Assembly: GCA_964016885.1 (NCBI GenBank)
Contig: OZ024750.1
Coordinates: forward strand, 48,918,001-48,982,000
Direction of reading: 5' to 3'
DNA from: Eledone cirrhosa
Lineage: Eukaryota
DNA length: 64,000 nt
In this document: positions 50,294 to 63,994 of the stretch, piece after piece
Layout of the letters: every line of letters starts with the position of its first letter
Numbering within the stretch: the stretch's first letter is position 1
The notes under the pieces: generated by a model
Seen by the model: the letters and a program-made list of their open reading frames with translations, nothing else
Told to the model about the DNA's origin: nothing
Database searches by the model: none
Made by a program: the position numbers and the translations under genes

Positions 50294-53200
50294 CAGTGGT
50301 GAATTAACAATATAAGCAAAGTAAGCCCGTACTTAGGGCATCAGAGGAAGAAGGGGCACCTCAAAAATATTTGATATGATGAATTTACAGTTTAAATTAT
50401 TAAATTAATTAATTGTATAGCAATTTTCAAAATGAAATAAGAAATGAATAAATTCGGTATAAACATAATTGTTCATTTCAGTTTATTTGTTAAATCTCAG
50501 TTTTCAGACGTTTATCTTTAGACATTTTTCTGAAACTCCAATGTATTCTGGTTCAATTTTAAAATGGCTACATGCTTGTGGAAATAATTTTTAAGGTTTA
50601 TGAATATAGCCACCAGCTGAAAGTTTTTTTGAAACTCCCGATGCCAACTAACCAAGCTTTATTTTCTGCTTCTTTTTATTAACAATTCTGATCATTAGGT
50701 TTTTTTTGTTTTTTTTACAAATTTTTCTTTTTAACATGAACCTTTTAATATTGTAGACTATATAGCAAAAATAATTGTTATTTGTGTTCTAGGTTATCTG
50801 CTATATAGTATAGCTTTTTTATTTCTACATAATTTTTTTATTTTTTTATTTTTTTATTTTTTATTTTTTATTTATTTATTTTTTTTTATTATTTTTTTTT
50901 TATTTATTTTTTTTTTTATCTGAACAAACTCAAGCTTTATTTTTATAACTGTATTTGCTGATTGTTTATTTGGGTTCACTCCATCCTTTTTCAAATCTAA
51001 CCATCAGATCTAATTAACAGATAAAAAAAAACCAACCATTCAATTAACAGATACCAAAAACCAAGATGAAACGTATTCAGTTAGGTGGGGCATAAAAACG
51101 AAAACTTTCAAACAAGAAACAAGAAAAAGCTTCGGAATCAGATCGCAAGACAGCAAAAGTGACTAATTTTTTCTCACAAGTTCCACAACATGATTTACAG
51201 ATTCCAGGTCAAAACCGATATACATTATCAGAAGTAGACATGAATACGACAAATACAACTTTGATTACTTCAGAATCGAAATATGATGACATTAGAAGTA
51301 CCGACATGTCGCAAGCATGTTCCGCCAGCACATGTATCACAACTGATTTTGCGTTGCCTGTGAATCCTCTTTATTCTGATATCTCTACTGCAAATGATGA
51401 TAGGGCTCAAATAATTGCTAAAAATAGAGGTTTAGAGCACTGTGACAATGGCGGTGAAATTAATTTGCCTGTAAAAAATTAAGAAAATTACAATTTAGCG
51501 AACGATCCAGGAATGTGGTTTGATTTCTCTGTAATATAGCTTATTGGATTACTTGTGAACCCAGTATTTGTGAACACCACATCGGGCCATTTGAAAAGTC
51601 CTGCCATCATTTCAGTAGTGGCAAACCGGTAAGGTATTGCTCACAGAAACTTTTTATTGGGACAAAAGCCAATGGTGAACAATACAAGAGAGAGTGGTTA
51701 CTCTATTCACCATCAAGAGGATCAGTTTATTGTTTTGTTTGTAAACTGTTTTCTCGTGAACAAAATTAAATTTGTGTTTCAAGAGAAGGGTTCAGTGATG
51801 GGCGCAATACTATTGTAATTGAAAACCACGAGAAAAGCATTATTCACCGAGACTCTTTGCTGGCATATTTAACTTGCAGGCAAGGTGCGGGGTTAAAGTC
51901 AGATTTGGAGAAACAAATTCATGAAGAGTGCAATTACTGGGAACACGTTTTGAGGCGTGTCGTAGCTGTTATTTGTACGTTAGCTGAACGTGGCTTGACT
52001 TTTTGAGGAAGTGAAGAGAAGTTTGGATAGTTGCAAAATGGGAATTGTTTAGGGCTGCTTGAACTCATAAGCCAGTTTGATGCATTTTTAGCAGGCCACA
52101 TTTCTAAATATGGAAATTCTGAAAAAGGAAATCCTACTTACATGTCAAAAACCACAATCGAGGAAATTATTAAACTAATGGCACAAAAAGTCCGTGAGTT
52201 CATTATTAACGAAGTTAAATCTTCTGGTTATTTTAGTTTGTCCGTTGATTCAACACCAGATGTATCACATAGCGATCAATTGAGTGTTGTACTTAGGTAT
52301 ATCCAAGATGGACAGCCCATTGAACGATGTTTAACCTTCATCATAATAGAAAACCACACTGGCAAGAATATGGCGAACCAGGTGCTGATGCATTTACGTG
52401 AAGCTTGGTTCAATATGTAGGGGTCAGACTTATGACAATGCTGCTAACATGTCTGGGCGTTATAAGGCGATGCAGTAAAACATTTTAGAAACAAATAAGT
52501 TTGCCCTGTGCAGCTCATTCATTAAATCTTGTTGGCCGGAGTACTGTTGACTGCTGTCAAGAGGCTGTTAATTTTTTCTCTACAATTACTCTATAATTTT
52601 TTTCCGCTTCCACTAACGGTTGGAAAATTCTGATGGATTGTAATAAGAATGAATGTGTCTTGAAATCCCTCTCTGATACAAGATTGAAAGCACATGCTAT
52701 GGCAACATCAACAATCTTGAAATCGCTCCCTGAGATTTCCGAGGCATTAGAATATATAGCCGAAGATCAATCACAAAAGAGAGACGCTAGAAGAGAGACA
52801 AATAATATTGTTGATAAGATGCAAGAGCTAGAATTCGTTTTTATGTTGATATTTGTGAATGAGATTTTGCAGAATGTTCACAGAGTAAGCAAATATCTAC
52901 ACAATGAGAATGCGAACTTAAAGACATATGCAGCTATTTATGTATAATTAGCTGACCAACTGAACACCACACGAGATGAATTTGAAAGATTTGAAAAAGA
53001 GACCAAGGAAATTCATCCAGATGTTGATTACAGGACAACTGCAACTCGCAAACGTATTAGAAAAAAAAGTACCTAATGACGGAGATACAGCAGAAGTTTA
53101 TTTAGATGCCAGAGATATGTTTCGTATAACCACCTTTTACACAATTGTTGACAAACTTGCAGCTGAGATGGAAAGAAGAGGAGAGATATACAAAGAAATG

Positions 53201-53839
53201 ATAGATACATTTTATTTTCTTAGTGATGTGCCAAATATAGGCACTCCATCAGCTACTAATATTGAAAGGTATTCTAAGTACTGTCAAAAGTTGATCGACG
53301 CTTATCCAGAGGACTTCAATAGTAATTTCTCAGCTGAGCCTCAGCAGTTTCATTCATATGTGCGAAATAAGATGAGTAAAAACAATATTTAATCATGCTG
53401 AACTTTATAAAATTATTGTAAAAGACAATATTGAGTGTGCCTTTCCAAAGGTAGACAGACTTTCTTATATTTTTAACATTAATGGATACTAACTGCTCAG
53501 CTGATCGTTCATTTTCACGATTGAAATATATTAAAAATCCCTTCAGAACAACCATGCAACAATACAGGTTGGATGCTTTATCCCTATTGTATATAGAAGC
53601 AGATGTGTTACGCAAGATTGGTTACGAGGATCTGTTCAAAGACTTTGCAAGAAAAAAACAGGGAAAAATTATTCAATATATGAAATTATTTTTTATCTTT
53701 CTGTATGTTTTGCTTTATTTTGAAATTTCAATAAATAAAACTTTACTTTATATTATTGTTTATGTTTTGATCTACAAATGTAAGGGGGTAACAACATTGT
53801 TTATTGCTTAGGGCCCCTAAGGATTTTTATCCGGCCCTG
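50294..53839 (+). mobile_element. hAT DNA transposon with pseudogenised transposase (~51066-53690)
   Basis: 8-bp TSD cttctagg (50286-50293) / cttctaag (53840-53847); CAG...CTG imperfect TIRs; YFSLSVDSTPDVSH and CSADRSFSRLK motifs. Confidence 0.9.
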
Positions 53840-55281
53840 CTTCTAAGTTGTGCAGCGACAGGTAGGCCGTGTGTTTTTATGTGGTGTGTGACGTCATGTT
53901 TTACAGGGCAGGCGTTGTATAGTGGTCGAGCTACGTCTGGGAATTTGTTGATTATATGGTTGTGCCGGTTTGTGTTGCCGATCGAGAAATGACCGGAAAG
54001 ACTGTGGCTCTCTGAGCGGCTACGCCGCGCACAGCGAGACCAGTGAAGTTGTCAACGAGTCGTTGGTTGTTCAGGTCCACTAGCAGTGAGAAGTACTGAA
54101 GAAAATCAGCTCTTAAAATAGGGGTCGACAGTTTAGTCACAACGAATACCCACTGGAAAGTGCAGTGTACTCCCAAATTGAGTGTCAGGGACTGCTCTCT
54201 GTAGGTCGGAATATGTGAATGGTTCACCGCATTGAGCCATGCTAGTGTCTCGTTCCTTTTTCCCAGGAACGCAGGAAACCGGGATGATGCTGATTTCAGC
54301 ACCGGTGTCGATCAGGAAACGCGTGCCAGTGACGCGATCCTGAATGAAAAATAGGCGACTTTGCAATGAGGACCAGAAAAGTCCGTCGCATTCAGTTTTC
54401 TGGCTTTTTCGTTTCCCTGATTAGTTTTCGAAACAAATGAACAGGGAAGGCTACACTTTCGCGCTCGTCTTCCGAATTTTTGCTGGTACCAACACATTTC
54501 TGGTGAATCACGGGATCCGCTCGGACTTCTTGAGCGACCACCAAATCGGCGAGTGCGACTGTTGCACCGACGCGTGGCAGGGTTATTCAGTGACAAGGCC
54601 TGAATTTGTTGCTCCAAGGCCTGTATCTGTTGCTTGCTGTGCCACTAACTCGTGAAGATTGGGTATGTCTATGGCACTGGAGGACTGAAGGAAAGTATTG
54701 GTGGAAGGCACGGCTGGCGTCATATTCGCTAAAGTTGTGTACGGATGTGGTACCTCCATGATCTTATCTGCCAGCTCGGCGAGTCCTTCTGTGGTGGTGG
54801 ACTCCCTGGTGGACGCTAAGACAAATTGTGTGGCAGAAGGCAACCGCTGGAGGAAGTGTTGCTTGAAAAGCTCATCCGGGTTTGTTATGTTCTCCCAGGA
54901 GCTGCTACTTTCGCCGTAGGATTTGCATCGGCTTTTTATCTCCTAATTCCTCCGATATGAGGAGCTGGTGCAAGCGCTTCTGCTGCGACTCCGACGTCCT
55001 ATTAATTAATGTTGTTTTAAATGTGTCATATGACACCGAGCTGGGTGGTGCTGAAATGAGGTCTCGAACCGCATTCATAATCTCCGGACACATCGATGAC
55101 ATGTGCGGGACGTTTTGCCTCGCTAATGATCCGGTTCGATGCGAACTGCGCTTCGTTATGCGCGAACCACAGTGTTGGCTCGTGCACCCAGAATGGTGGA
55201 ATCCTGTCATTTCTGCGTAGATGAATGGTCGTGCCTTAGAGACATCGTTTGTGGTGAATGATCAGAAGGTTGTGTGTCTGT

Positions 55282-55299
55282 ATCACGTCGGGGTCACCA
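55282..55299 (-). other. Primer-binding site complementary to the tRNA-Trp 3' end
   Basis: Minus strand TGGTGACCCCGACGTGAT, 2 nt inside the 5' LTR end. Confidence 0.85.
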
Positions 55300-55301
55300 G
55301 T

Positions 55302-55805
55302 TGTAGTGAATATGTTGGTTGTAACGGATAAGTGAATAAATGGAATTGTTGGTGTGATGGTTTCAATGCAACGAATAATACCAGGATTGTGTTGTTACAA
55401 AGTTTATTTTACTATAACAATATTCAATTTGAATATTGAATGAAAAATCTATAACATGAAATATTCGTACAACAATTTGGTGGCTCTTCGAGCTACGTAA
55501 ATACAAGTATATCACTTTTTTTCTGTCGGGGCGTAAACAACACGTGTATTTTTAAGGGTAAACGTTAGAAGGATAGATATATCCTCTGACCTTTGGTTAG
55601 TATCTCCCAAGTGTTGGTTTGCAAGGCGTAAACAACTCAGAAGGATGGATATATCATCTGACCTATTTTCTGCCAGGTGTAAACAACCTCTGACCTGTGT
55701 TTAGCATCTTCCAAAAGGTTGGTCTGCTGAGCGTAAACAACTAACCACAGTTTGTCCCAGAGGCGGGAAAGCTCAGATTTGGTTTCGAATCTTCGCCGCC
55801 GTTTT
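55302..55805 (-). repeat. 5' LTR of the Gypsy element
   Basis: Ends ...TACA on the minus strand next to the PBS; similar to 46829-47416. Confidence 0.8.
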
Positions 55806-56511
55806 ATCGTGCTTCATTGTTAATAAAGACATCAAAAATATTTTCATCTGAATCTGAATGACCTAAATCTCCGAAATGTTGAAAGCCATCTAAAGGCAAA
55901 TATATGAAGCCCTCACTTATTTCAGTTACTGCGAATTAACTCTTAACGCAGGTTAAATTATAATTCCGCAACCGCATGATAGGATCATTTTGAATGTTAT
56001 GTGGTAACACCATATACATCATCGATAGTGTTTAGTGCCATACACACAAAACAAAAAGCGAAGTGTTCTTGTTCCATATCAATGACTACATCATCTACAT
56101 CACTAAACTATTTCTCATTAAATTCCTATAGTAAGCAAATACTTAACATTTGATAATATGCCAGCATTCTACTCCCGTACCAAAATTAATATAAATCAGT
56201 TTCGTTTCACAAATTCTTGGCCCTGCATTCGACATTAACATAGGAGAATATGAATAAGCAGTGATTTGTGACAGCACATGGATTGCAAGTCTTACACAAT
56301 TTCTAAAGCACACAACTATCCAATGCACACCCAGCAAGAAGCAAGTGTCGCACACATTTCATAAACTACAACTGCACCGACCCAAGTCTCCACAAAATGG
56401 CCTGGCTAAATACACAGTCAAAGCTGTTTTTACTAAAGTCTAAATGAAGGGGTGTGTATATTGGTTGTTTATATCTAATATACTACGCATAAATATGCGT
56501 TTTATATACAA

Positions 56512-56558
<47 letters not shown>

Positions 56559-56859
56559 TGAAACAAAATGAAAACGAAATTTCATTTCTCACTCTTAGTA
56601 TGGCACTTACTTAAATGTAAGTATGCATGTATACGTACATACATATATGTATACAGACGTACAGTAGCATGCACATATATATATATGTACATACATATAT
56701 ACATATGCATACAGGTACACATACATATATGCACGTATCAGTTTAGCGGCGCTTATTATAACGTCGCTTTGCTAGTTTGTAAACAAACTGAACAGCCTGA
56801 ATTTATGCCATGCGGTGTTAAGGCAACCACGTCACCTTTTTGTTCAACACTGACACAGG

Positions 56860-56904
56860 AACGATGTACTAGTTTCAAGCTTGTTAGCTATCATCAGCAC
56901 CGTT
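56860..56904 (-). ncRNA. Minimal type-I hammerhead ribozyme (copy 1)
   Basis: aacggtg-CTGATGA-tagctaacaagctt-GAAA-ctag-TA-catcgtt on the minus strand. Confidence 0.75.
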
Positions 56905-57342
56905 TACCCATCTGCCAGATAGTTGAACGTTCGAAAGTATATACTTTCCTTATGAAAATTAACGGCTGAGCAGCATAATTTGCATATTGAGTGAGTTAAA
57001 TCGGTCAGGTATACCGAAAAAGATAAATTGAAACAAAATGAAAACGAAATTTCATTTCTCACTCTTAGTATGGCACTTACTTAAATGTAAGTATGCATGT
57101 ATACGTACATACATATATGTATACAGACGTACAGTAGCATGCACATATATATATATATATACATATATATATACATATGCATACAGGTACACATACATAT
57201 ATGCACGTATCAGTTTAGCGGCGCTTATTATAACGTCGCTTTGTTCGTTTGTAAACAAACTGAACAGCCGTTGATTTTCTGCCGTTAATTTTCATAAGGA
57301 AAGTATATACTTTCGAACGTTCAACTATCTGGCAGATGGGTA

Positions 57343-57387
57343 AACGGTGCTGATGATAGCTAACAAGCTTGAAACTAGTACATCGTT
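57343..57387 (+). ncRNA. Minimal type-I hammerhead ribozyme (copy 2)
   Basis: Identical 45-mer; stem I aacggtg/catcgtt; predicted cleavage after 57380. Confidence 0.78.
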
Positions 57388-57814
57388 CCTGTGTCAGTGT
57401 TGAACAAAAAGATGACGTGGTTGCCTTAACACCGTATGGCATAAATGCAGGCTGTTCAGTTTGTTTACAAACGAACAAAGCGACGTTATAATAAGCGCCG
57501 CTAAACTGATACGTGCATATATGTATGTGTACCTGTATGCATATGTATATATATATGTATATATATATATATATGTGCATGCTACTGTACGTCTGTATAC
57601 ATATATGTATGTACGTATACATGCATACTTACATTTAAGTAAGTGCCATACTAAGAGTGAGAAATGAAATTTCGTTTTCATTTTGTTTCAATTTATCGTT
57701 TTCGGTATGCCTGACCGATTTAACTCACTCAATATGCAAATTAGGCTGCTCAGCCGTTAATTTTCATAAGGAAAGTATATACTTTCGAACGTTCAACTAT
57801 CTGGCAGATGGGTA

Positions 57815-57859
57815 AACGGTGCTGATGATAGCTAACAAGCTTGAAACTAGTACATCGTT
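57815..57859 (+). ncRNA. Minimal type-I hammerhead ribozyme (copy 3)
   Basis: Identical 45-mer; predicted cleavage after 57852. Confidence 0.78.
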
Positions 57860-58017
57860 CCTGTGTCAGTGTTGAACAAAAAGGTGACGTGGTTGCCTTA
57901 ACACCGCATGGCATAAATTCAGGCTGTTCAGTTTGTTTACAAACGAACAAAGCGACGTTATAATAAGCGCCGCTAAACTGATACGTGCATATATGTATGT
58001 GTACCTGTATGCATATG

Positions 58018-58059
<42 letters not shown>

Positions 58060-58111
58060 CATGCTACTGTACGTCAGTATACATATATGTATGTACGTAT
58101 ACATGCATACT

Positions 58112-58210
<99 letters not shown>

Positions 58211-59934
58211 CGTAAAATGAGAAAATTATAAAATTAACTTACTTACTAAAATATCACTTCCAACTAATTAGTTTCTGAAATGGAATAAATTTACTTTCCG
58301 AATAAAACATAGAGAATCATTTCGTCGTCGGGGAAGACTATTCTCAGCTATGTATCCAGGCAAAGCGTGAACTCTGGAAACTTATTCAAAAATAATTCAG
58401 TGGATAGAAAATAGCAAAGCTTGGACTGAATTCCTAGCCATTGAGGAAATCACTGCCTCTGCGTCGGTGGCAAATTCAAAAAGAATCAATCACGTGACAT
58501 CGAGGTCAATCAGTGGAAAGTGGTTTGCTACTAAGACAGCGGCATGCCTGCTACCATAGCAGCAGTTTTGGCCAATATTGCTCGACAAATAATTTTCAGA
58601 TAATTATAAAGAATTACTATCTAGTAACATATATATACATACAGATGCATATCAATGCTAGCAAATATATAGGGTTTGTCTTAGTAACTTTGTGGTTCAA
58701 TGCATGGGGTTGCAGAACAATAATATGAGAGACGTAAAATAAGAAAATTATAAAATTAACTTACTTTTTCACCCTTAACGGGATCTTCTGAAACTAAAAA
58801 AATCAAATTGTGAACGCAGAAGTAAATATTCCGAAAAACGTTGCTACAGAAGGAAAACAGGAAGACGATACTTTGGTTCGTGAGACGTTCCCTGGCAATG
58901 AACGGAAAAAAGGGAAGATAATACGTCGTTATGTGGAGCGTAGAGAACAATTACACGCAAAGACAAAACCACATTTATGGTATTAATGGAGTCATAGAAT
59001 AATATTCTATTAAGGAAACAGAATGATTCTTGGCTTCAAAGTAAAGAATAATGCAAATAAATTAGTAGAACGAAAATGACAGAGGTTATTAAAATCAATA
59101 ATAATTAAATATATACATACGCGCATCTATATACGTATATGCACCTGAATACGCGGAAACACCCGCCATGCATGCATATACAATAACGTACACATAAACA
59201 CGCGCACACATACATAAGTCCGCGCGACACGTGTACCCGCACACATACGAAAGTATACGCCAAATACACATAAAAAATATAAATATGTGTGTGCGCGTAT
59301 ACATATAATTATATAACCGTATATAACTATACACACATAAATACGTATATAGCGCACGCACAGAACACACATACCTACAGGTAAAAACACTTGTGTTCAC
59401 CAAACGTACGTCAACCAATACACAATGTATAAATATTAAACTAGTAAAAACATTATTCAGCATGTATATATGTATATACTGATATTAAATAAATGGAAAT
59501 GATATCATTGAATATGTTCTACAGGAACTGTTGAGTGGTGTAAATCAATTATAAATATTTATATTTATATTTGTCGGATTTCCAACAAATTAAATAACCC
59601 TTCTACTTATATATACATATATATGATTTTTAATGCGATGAAATACCAATGATGGTTGGGAAAATCACTGATGAGGGACTAATTTTATAATAATTTTATA
59701 ATATGTAATCCATGTGCAACCATGCAGTATTCTTCTTCCCGTTGTTTTTCATATATATATATATATATATATGGGGGGAGCGTGTAGTATAGTCCCATAA
59801 ATCCTGATAGAGACGTAGGGGCGCCGTATTGACATACGGCTTTTCGGGGGAAATTTGAAATTTAAGCCTGATAGAACCCATCCCTCTCTAGGCCTGTGTA
59901 CAGCAGATTTCTTCCAGAGAGAGAGAGAGAGGGA

Positions 59935-60090
59935 GGAAAATCGACCCTAGTATAAGACTGGTACTTGTTTTATCGACCTCGAAAGGATAAAAGGCAATGT
60001 TGACCTCGGCGTGATTTAAACACAGCGAGCAGAGAGCTGGAACGAATAACATAAAGCATTCTATCCAGTGTTCTAACGACTCTTCCGATA
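59935..60090 (-). mobile_element. Diverged SINE of a related subfamily
   Basis: actggtacttgttttatcgacctcgaaaggataaaaggcaatgttgacctcggc core. Confidence 0.7.
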
Positions 60091-60371
60091 TATGCGTGTA
60101 TATATGTGTGTGTGATAGTATGTATGTATGTGTGAGTGTTTGCATGTATGTGTGTGCATGTGTGTGTGTGAATAATCACTTAATGTGCGCTAACCTTGTA
60201 ATAATTTCTCTGTCAATAATAGATCGATAGGAGTAACTGAGTTTACAGCCGGTTTCTTTTTAGGAACATTGTGGTGGGAGTAAACTCAAGAGCTTGACAA
60301 GACACGGATTTCTAATTAGTTTTCTCAAAGGATTTTACATTTTATCTTTTTTTATAGAGCTATGTGTGTAT

Positions 60372-60565
60372 GGCGGCCATTGGATTGGAAGTACCAGTAG
60401 AGAGTCGGACGCCATGCTTTCCAGCGTAGTTACGTCCCTTTACCGTCTGAGTTCAAAACCCGCCGAGGTTGGCTTTGCCTTTCATCTCACGGGGTCGATA
60501 AAATAAAGTACCAGTAATGTACTGGATAATTTGCTGGCCTTGTGCCAAAAGTAGAAACAATTATT
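60372..60565 (+). mobile_element. Full-length SINE
   Basis: Colinear with 44887-45071. Confidence 0.88.
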
Positions 60566-61300
60566 TGTCAACGTAATTTGTTAAGAGATTCTCTTAATAT
60601 TATACACTGAGGCTGAATCAAACAATAGCAACGTAAATACACAGAATGCATACATATTAAAGTACATACATACACATAAATGGTGGCTGCCAACTCGTTT
60701 TCGAGTAAAGCCACTACTTTATATCCACGTAGGAGAACCCTTACCGATGCGCTGAACGAGTGTGGCTTTTTAGTCCAGCCAGCGACTTGAAAACTCTGGT
60801 ACAAACACTACACTTGTGACAATTATTGACACATAGTTCTGGGCCCATGGTACCATGTGACGACAAGTGCAGAGAGATCTCCAGATATAAAGCAATGGCA
60901 GTGCCGTGAAGATTTTATAGTGAGCAAAGGCACTGCACAAAGCCAGTCCCACTCTCTTAACCAAGATAATATTTATCAAAAAGAAGAACAAGTCAACATC
61001 ATTGGATACTATCAGGGTTGCAGGTGCTATATCAGAGTTTTCCTTCTCCTAGAATTCTGCCTTGACAAAGGCTAAGGGGTCATCTCTCCCGGTGATTTTG
61101 GATGGCCATTGACTTTTAAGAGCTCCTTTGCCCTTTGACAGGTTTTGTTTTTTAGTGTTGCAGGATGCCCGAAGTCACCCTCCTCACCAAGAAACCTTGG
61201 TGGGGTTGCCAGTTTAGTCGCCAACGACCCGACCATGGGACAGGTTGTACTGGAATGCATGTTACCAGTAGCACCAACTGGTGCTACACATACATACAGG

Positions 61301-61370
<70 letters not shown>

Positions 61371-61513
61371 CGCACACACACGCACACTCACACATATATA
61401 TTTATATATATAGTCTTCAAATTAATTATTATTACTATATATAATTATAAATATATATATAGAATAAGAAGAAGCGCAAATAGTTTCAGATGTTAAAGTT
61501 CTTTAATGATAAT

Positions 61514-61588
61514 GTTGTGATACATATTTCAATGACGTCAGTGGCCACACGGTTCGGTGCGCCCAGTGCCGTGACATCATCAGACAGC
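61514..61588 (-). ncRNA. Degenerate hammerhead motif overlapping a direct repeat (61463-61523 similar to 62852-62915)
   Basis: Minus strand gctgt-CTGATGA-tgtca...tgacgtcatt-GAAA-tatgta-TC-acaac; stem II register is shifted. Confidence 0.45.
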
Positions 61589-62908
61589 TTCTTACATAAT
61601 AAGGTTATGTTTCCGAGGCAATCCAAATTTAATCGACATGGGTACGGACAAAGCGTGTGCTCTTGATTTCTTCGCCCGTTCCCTTGTGAGTCCCAATTCA
61701 ACCCCACCGGTCTGCGCATGCGCAAGTCCGAAGGAAGTTGACCATCAACTTCCGCAGTGTTCTACGAAACTCGCCTAGGCAGGTCCCCCTCTCAACCAAA
61801 AAATAACCCCATCCAACCCTGTAATATGACACGTTTATAGCTTACTGCTAGCCACCTTGTTAGTGGCAGCCGGCCGAAAACTAGTGGGGGTGGGAGAGTA
61901 TGAGTATCAATGGGTATCAATACTATCCCTGAATTAAGCATGGACAGTGGAATTGACGACAATCGCTAAGAGAATATATACTTATTCTTGGTATTATGGT
62001 TTCACGGTAGAAACTATGAATGAGAGTTTGAAATTAACACTAAAAATTAAAATCAAAAATCCAAATTAAAATTATTACAAGTTAGAACCTAGATTGAAGT
62101 AAGTCAAATAAAAATATATGTTCATATAATAACTAATAAATAGGGAGATGTTTAAATTATAGTAAGACGTTTTGAAAGTGGGGTCATATTACAGATATAT
62201 TATCTACATATTGAACGATGGTATCGTACAGTAGAGCGGAGGGTAAATTACAGTATGAAGCAAATGCATAGTTAATATCTCCATCACATGGAATATCTCT
62301 ATAATATCTCTATAATATCTCTATCACATGGAACAGAACTAAAAATGCAAAATATAACACACACAAAATACAAAAATACATAAAGTACATTGATGCAAAA
62401 TGATGAGACACGTATGAGAAACATATGCGAATAAGGTAGACTGCATGGAAATGAGGGGATATGTGGTTAATATGATTGTCGATTTGTCCATATAAAGGTT
62501 TGTTATCTGGTGAAGTGAGGTGGGTTCTGTCAAGGCTTCTGTGCAGATGCAATTTGCTGCAGGAAAATAGGGGTTTATCGTTGTTTTTATTTCCGCGTAT
62601 TTATCTTGTCGAAAGTTAGTTTATAATTTTATGTCCGTCCAGTATCAGGGAATTCCAGTGTGTGTAGTCCATCCCCATGGTAGAGGGACTTTTCGGGTGT
62701 AGCTGATTGCTGGTTCCTCTCTGCTCCACTATATCGGTTACACCATAGAGTGCTCAACGTTTTGGAGCTAAATTCTTACGGTAAAGATTGATGCAATTCA
62801 ACTCAAACACTCAACGTACTTTTACCACATCGGAGTAACGGAGTATATATCGAATAATAAGAAAAAGCGAAGTAGTTTCAGATGTTAGAGCCCTTTAATG
62901 ATAATGCT

Positions 62909-63002
<94 letters not shown>

Positions 63003-63888
63003 CGTTAAAACAACAACATAAGGCTGGACTGTAAAATTTACTTTACATTTTTAATTCCTTCAAACCAGAATATATAAGTCGATGGCCTAGCCCTATCATC
63101 CGATTATGACGGAGGACTAGACGACTTCATCAGATGTCATTTGCGGAATCATTTAACAGGATTACGTTGAGCCCAAACAGAAAATAGAAATATTGTAAAT
63201 AGAAAATATAGCACCAATTGGATTCGGAGACAGTCTACCCATTCAATAAGATAGGCAGTAAGTTAGCCTAGAAGCATCGCGAAAATGCATTATTGAACAT
63301 TAAAGAATACGCACATATACGCACACGTATATTTGTACAAAAGTATCCCATACTGCAGGGCCTAATGGACTGCCCTTGCAGTACGTACAATCTGGACACT
63401 CACACGCGCCATGGTGTTATGGCAATACTATACATCATTTCACTTCTTTTATTATTGTTGTTATTGATGTTCTTTTGAGAGAATCGTTTTGGCAAGCGAC
63501 TGAAAATATCGAATGGTGTACGCCATTTTTACCAATACCACAAACATACTGGTCCATCCACACACACACACACACACAGATTCACACGCGTACACTAACA
63601 TACATACAGACACACACACACACACACATACTTCTCCGTATAAGAAAAGAGCTGAATAATAAGTTTCAACATGTTAAAATAAGCCCCCCCCCCACACACA
63701 CACAACACACACACGTTCCTACTGACCGATTCATTCCTATTATCACAACAATCGACCACTCTGCTACACACACACACACACACATTAATAGACACCCGAT
63801 CTGTTGACCTTTCAACATGACTGCAATTCACACACGTATACACACACATCCCTACTTACAATTACCATAACAATGAACCATTTTACTG

Positions 63889-63994
<106 letters not shown>

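Larger units (their letters stand above)
46829..55805 (-). mobile_element. Decayed Ty3/Gypsy LTR retrotransposon (gag-PR-RT-RH-IN) split by a hAT insertion
   Basis: FLIDTGAEIS protease, [23 protein letters not shown] and YSTFSRELLA RNase [22 protein letters not shown] integrase; paired LTRs; many frameshifts. Confidence 0.93.
56552..58114. repeat. ~470-bp unit arranged as ~1.5 tandem copies followed by ~1.8 inverted tandem copies, flanked by (TA)n
   Basis: Units begin ataaattgaaacaaaatg near 56552 and 57023; reverse-complement copies run 57281-58114. Confidence 0.95.

Noticed and set aside
56568-57681. Repeated MKTKFHFSLLVWHLL ORFs resembling secreted peptides
   Set aside because: Frames differ between copies with microsatellite length, and the ORFs run antisense to the ribozyme.
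61200-61280. HDV-like ribozyme hint on the minus strand (ccagt/actgg pairing, gtcg-ttgg-cgac hairpin, ctaa)
   Set aside because: Could not build P1 or a full L3 by eye.
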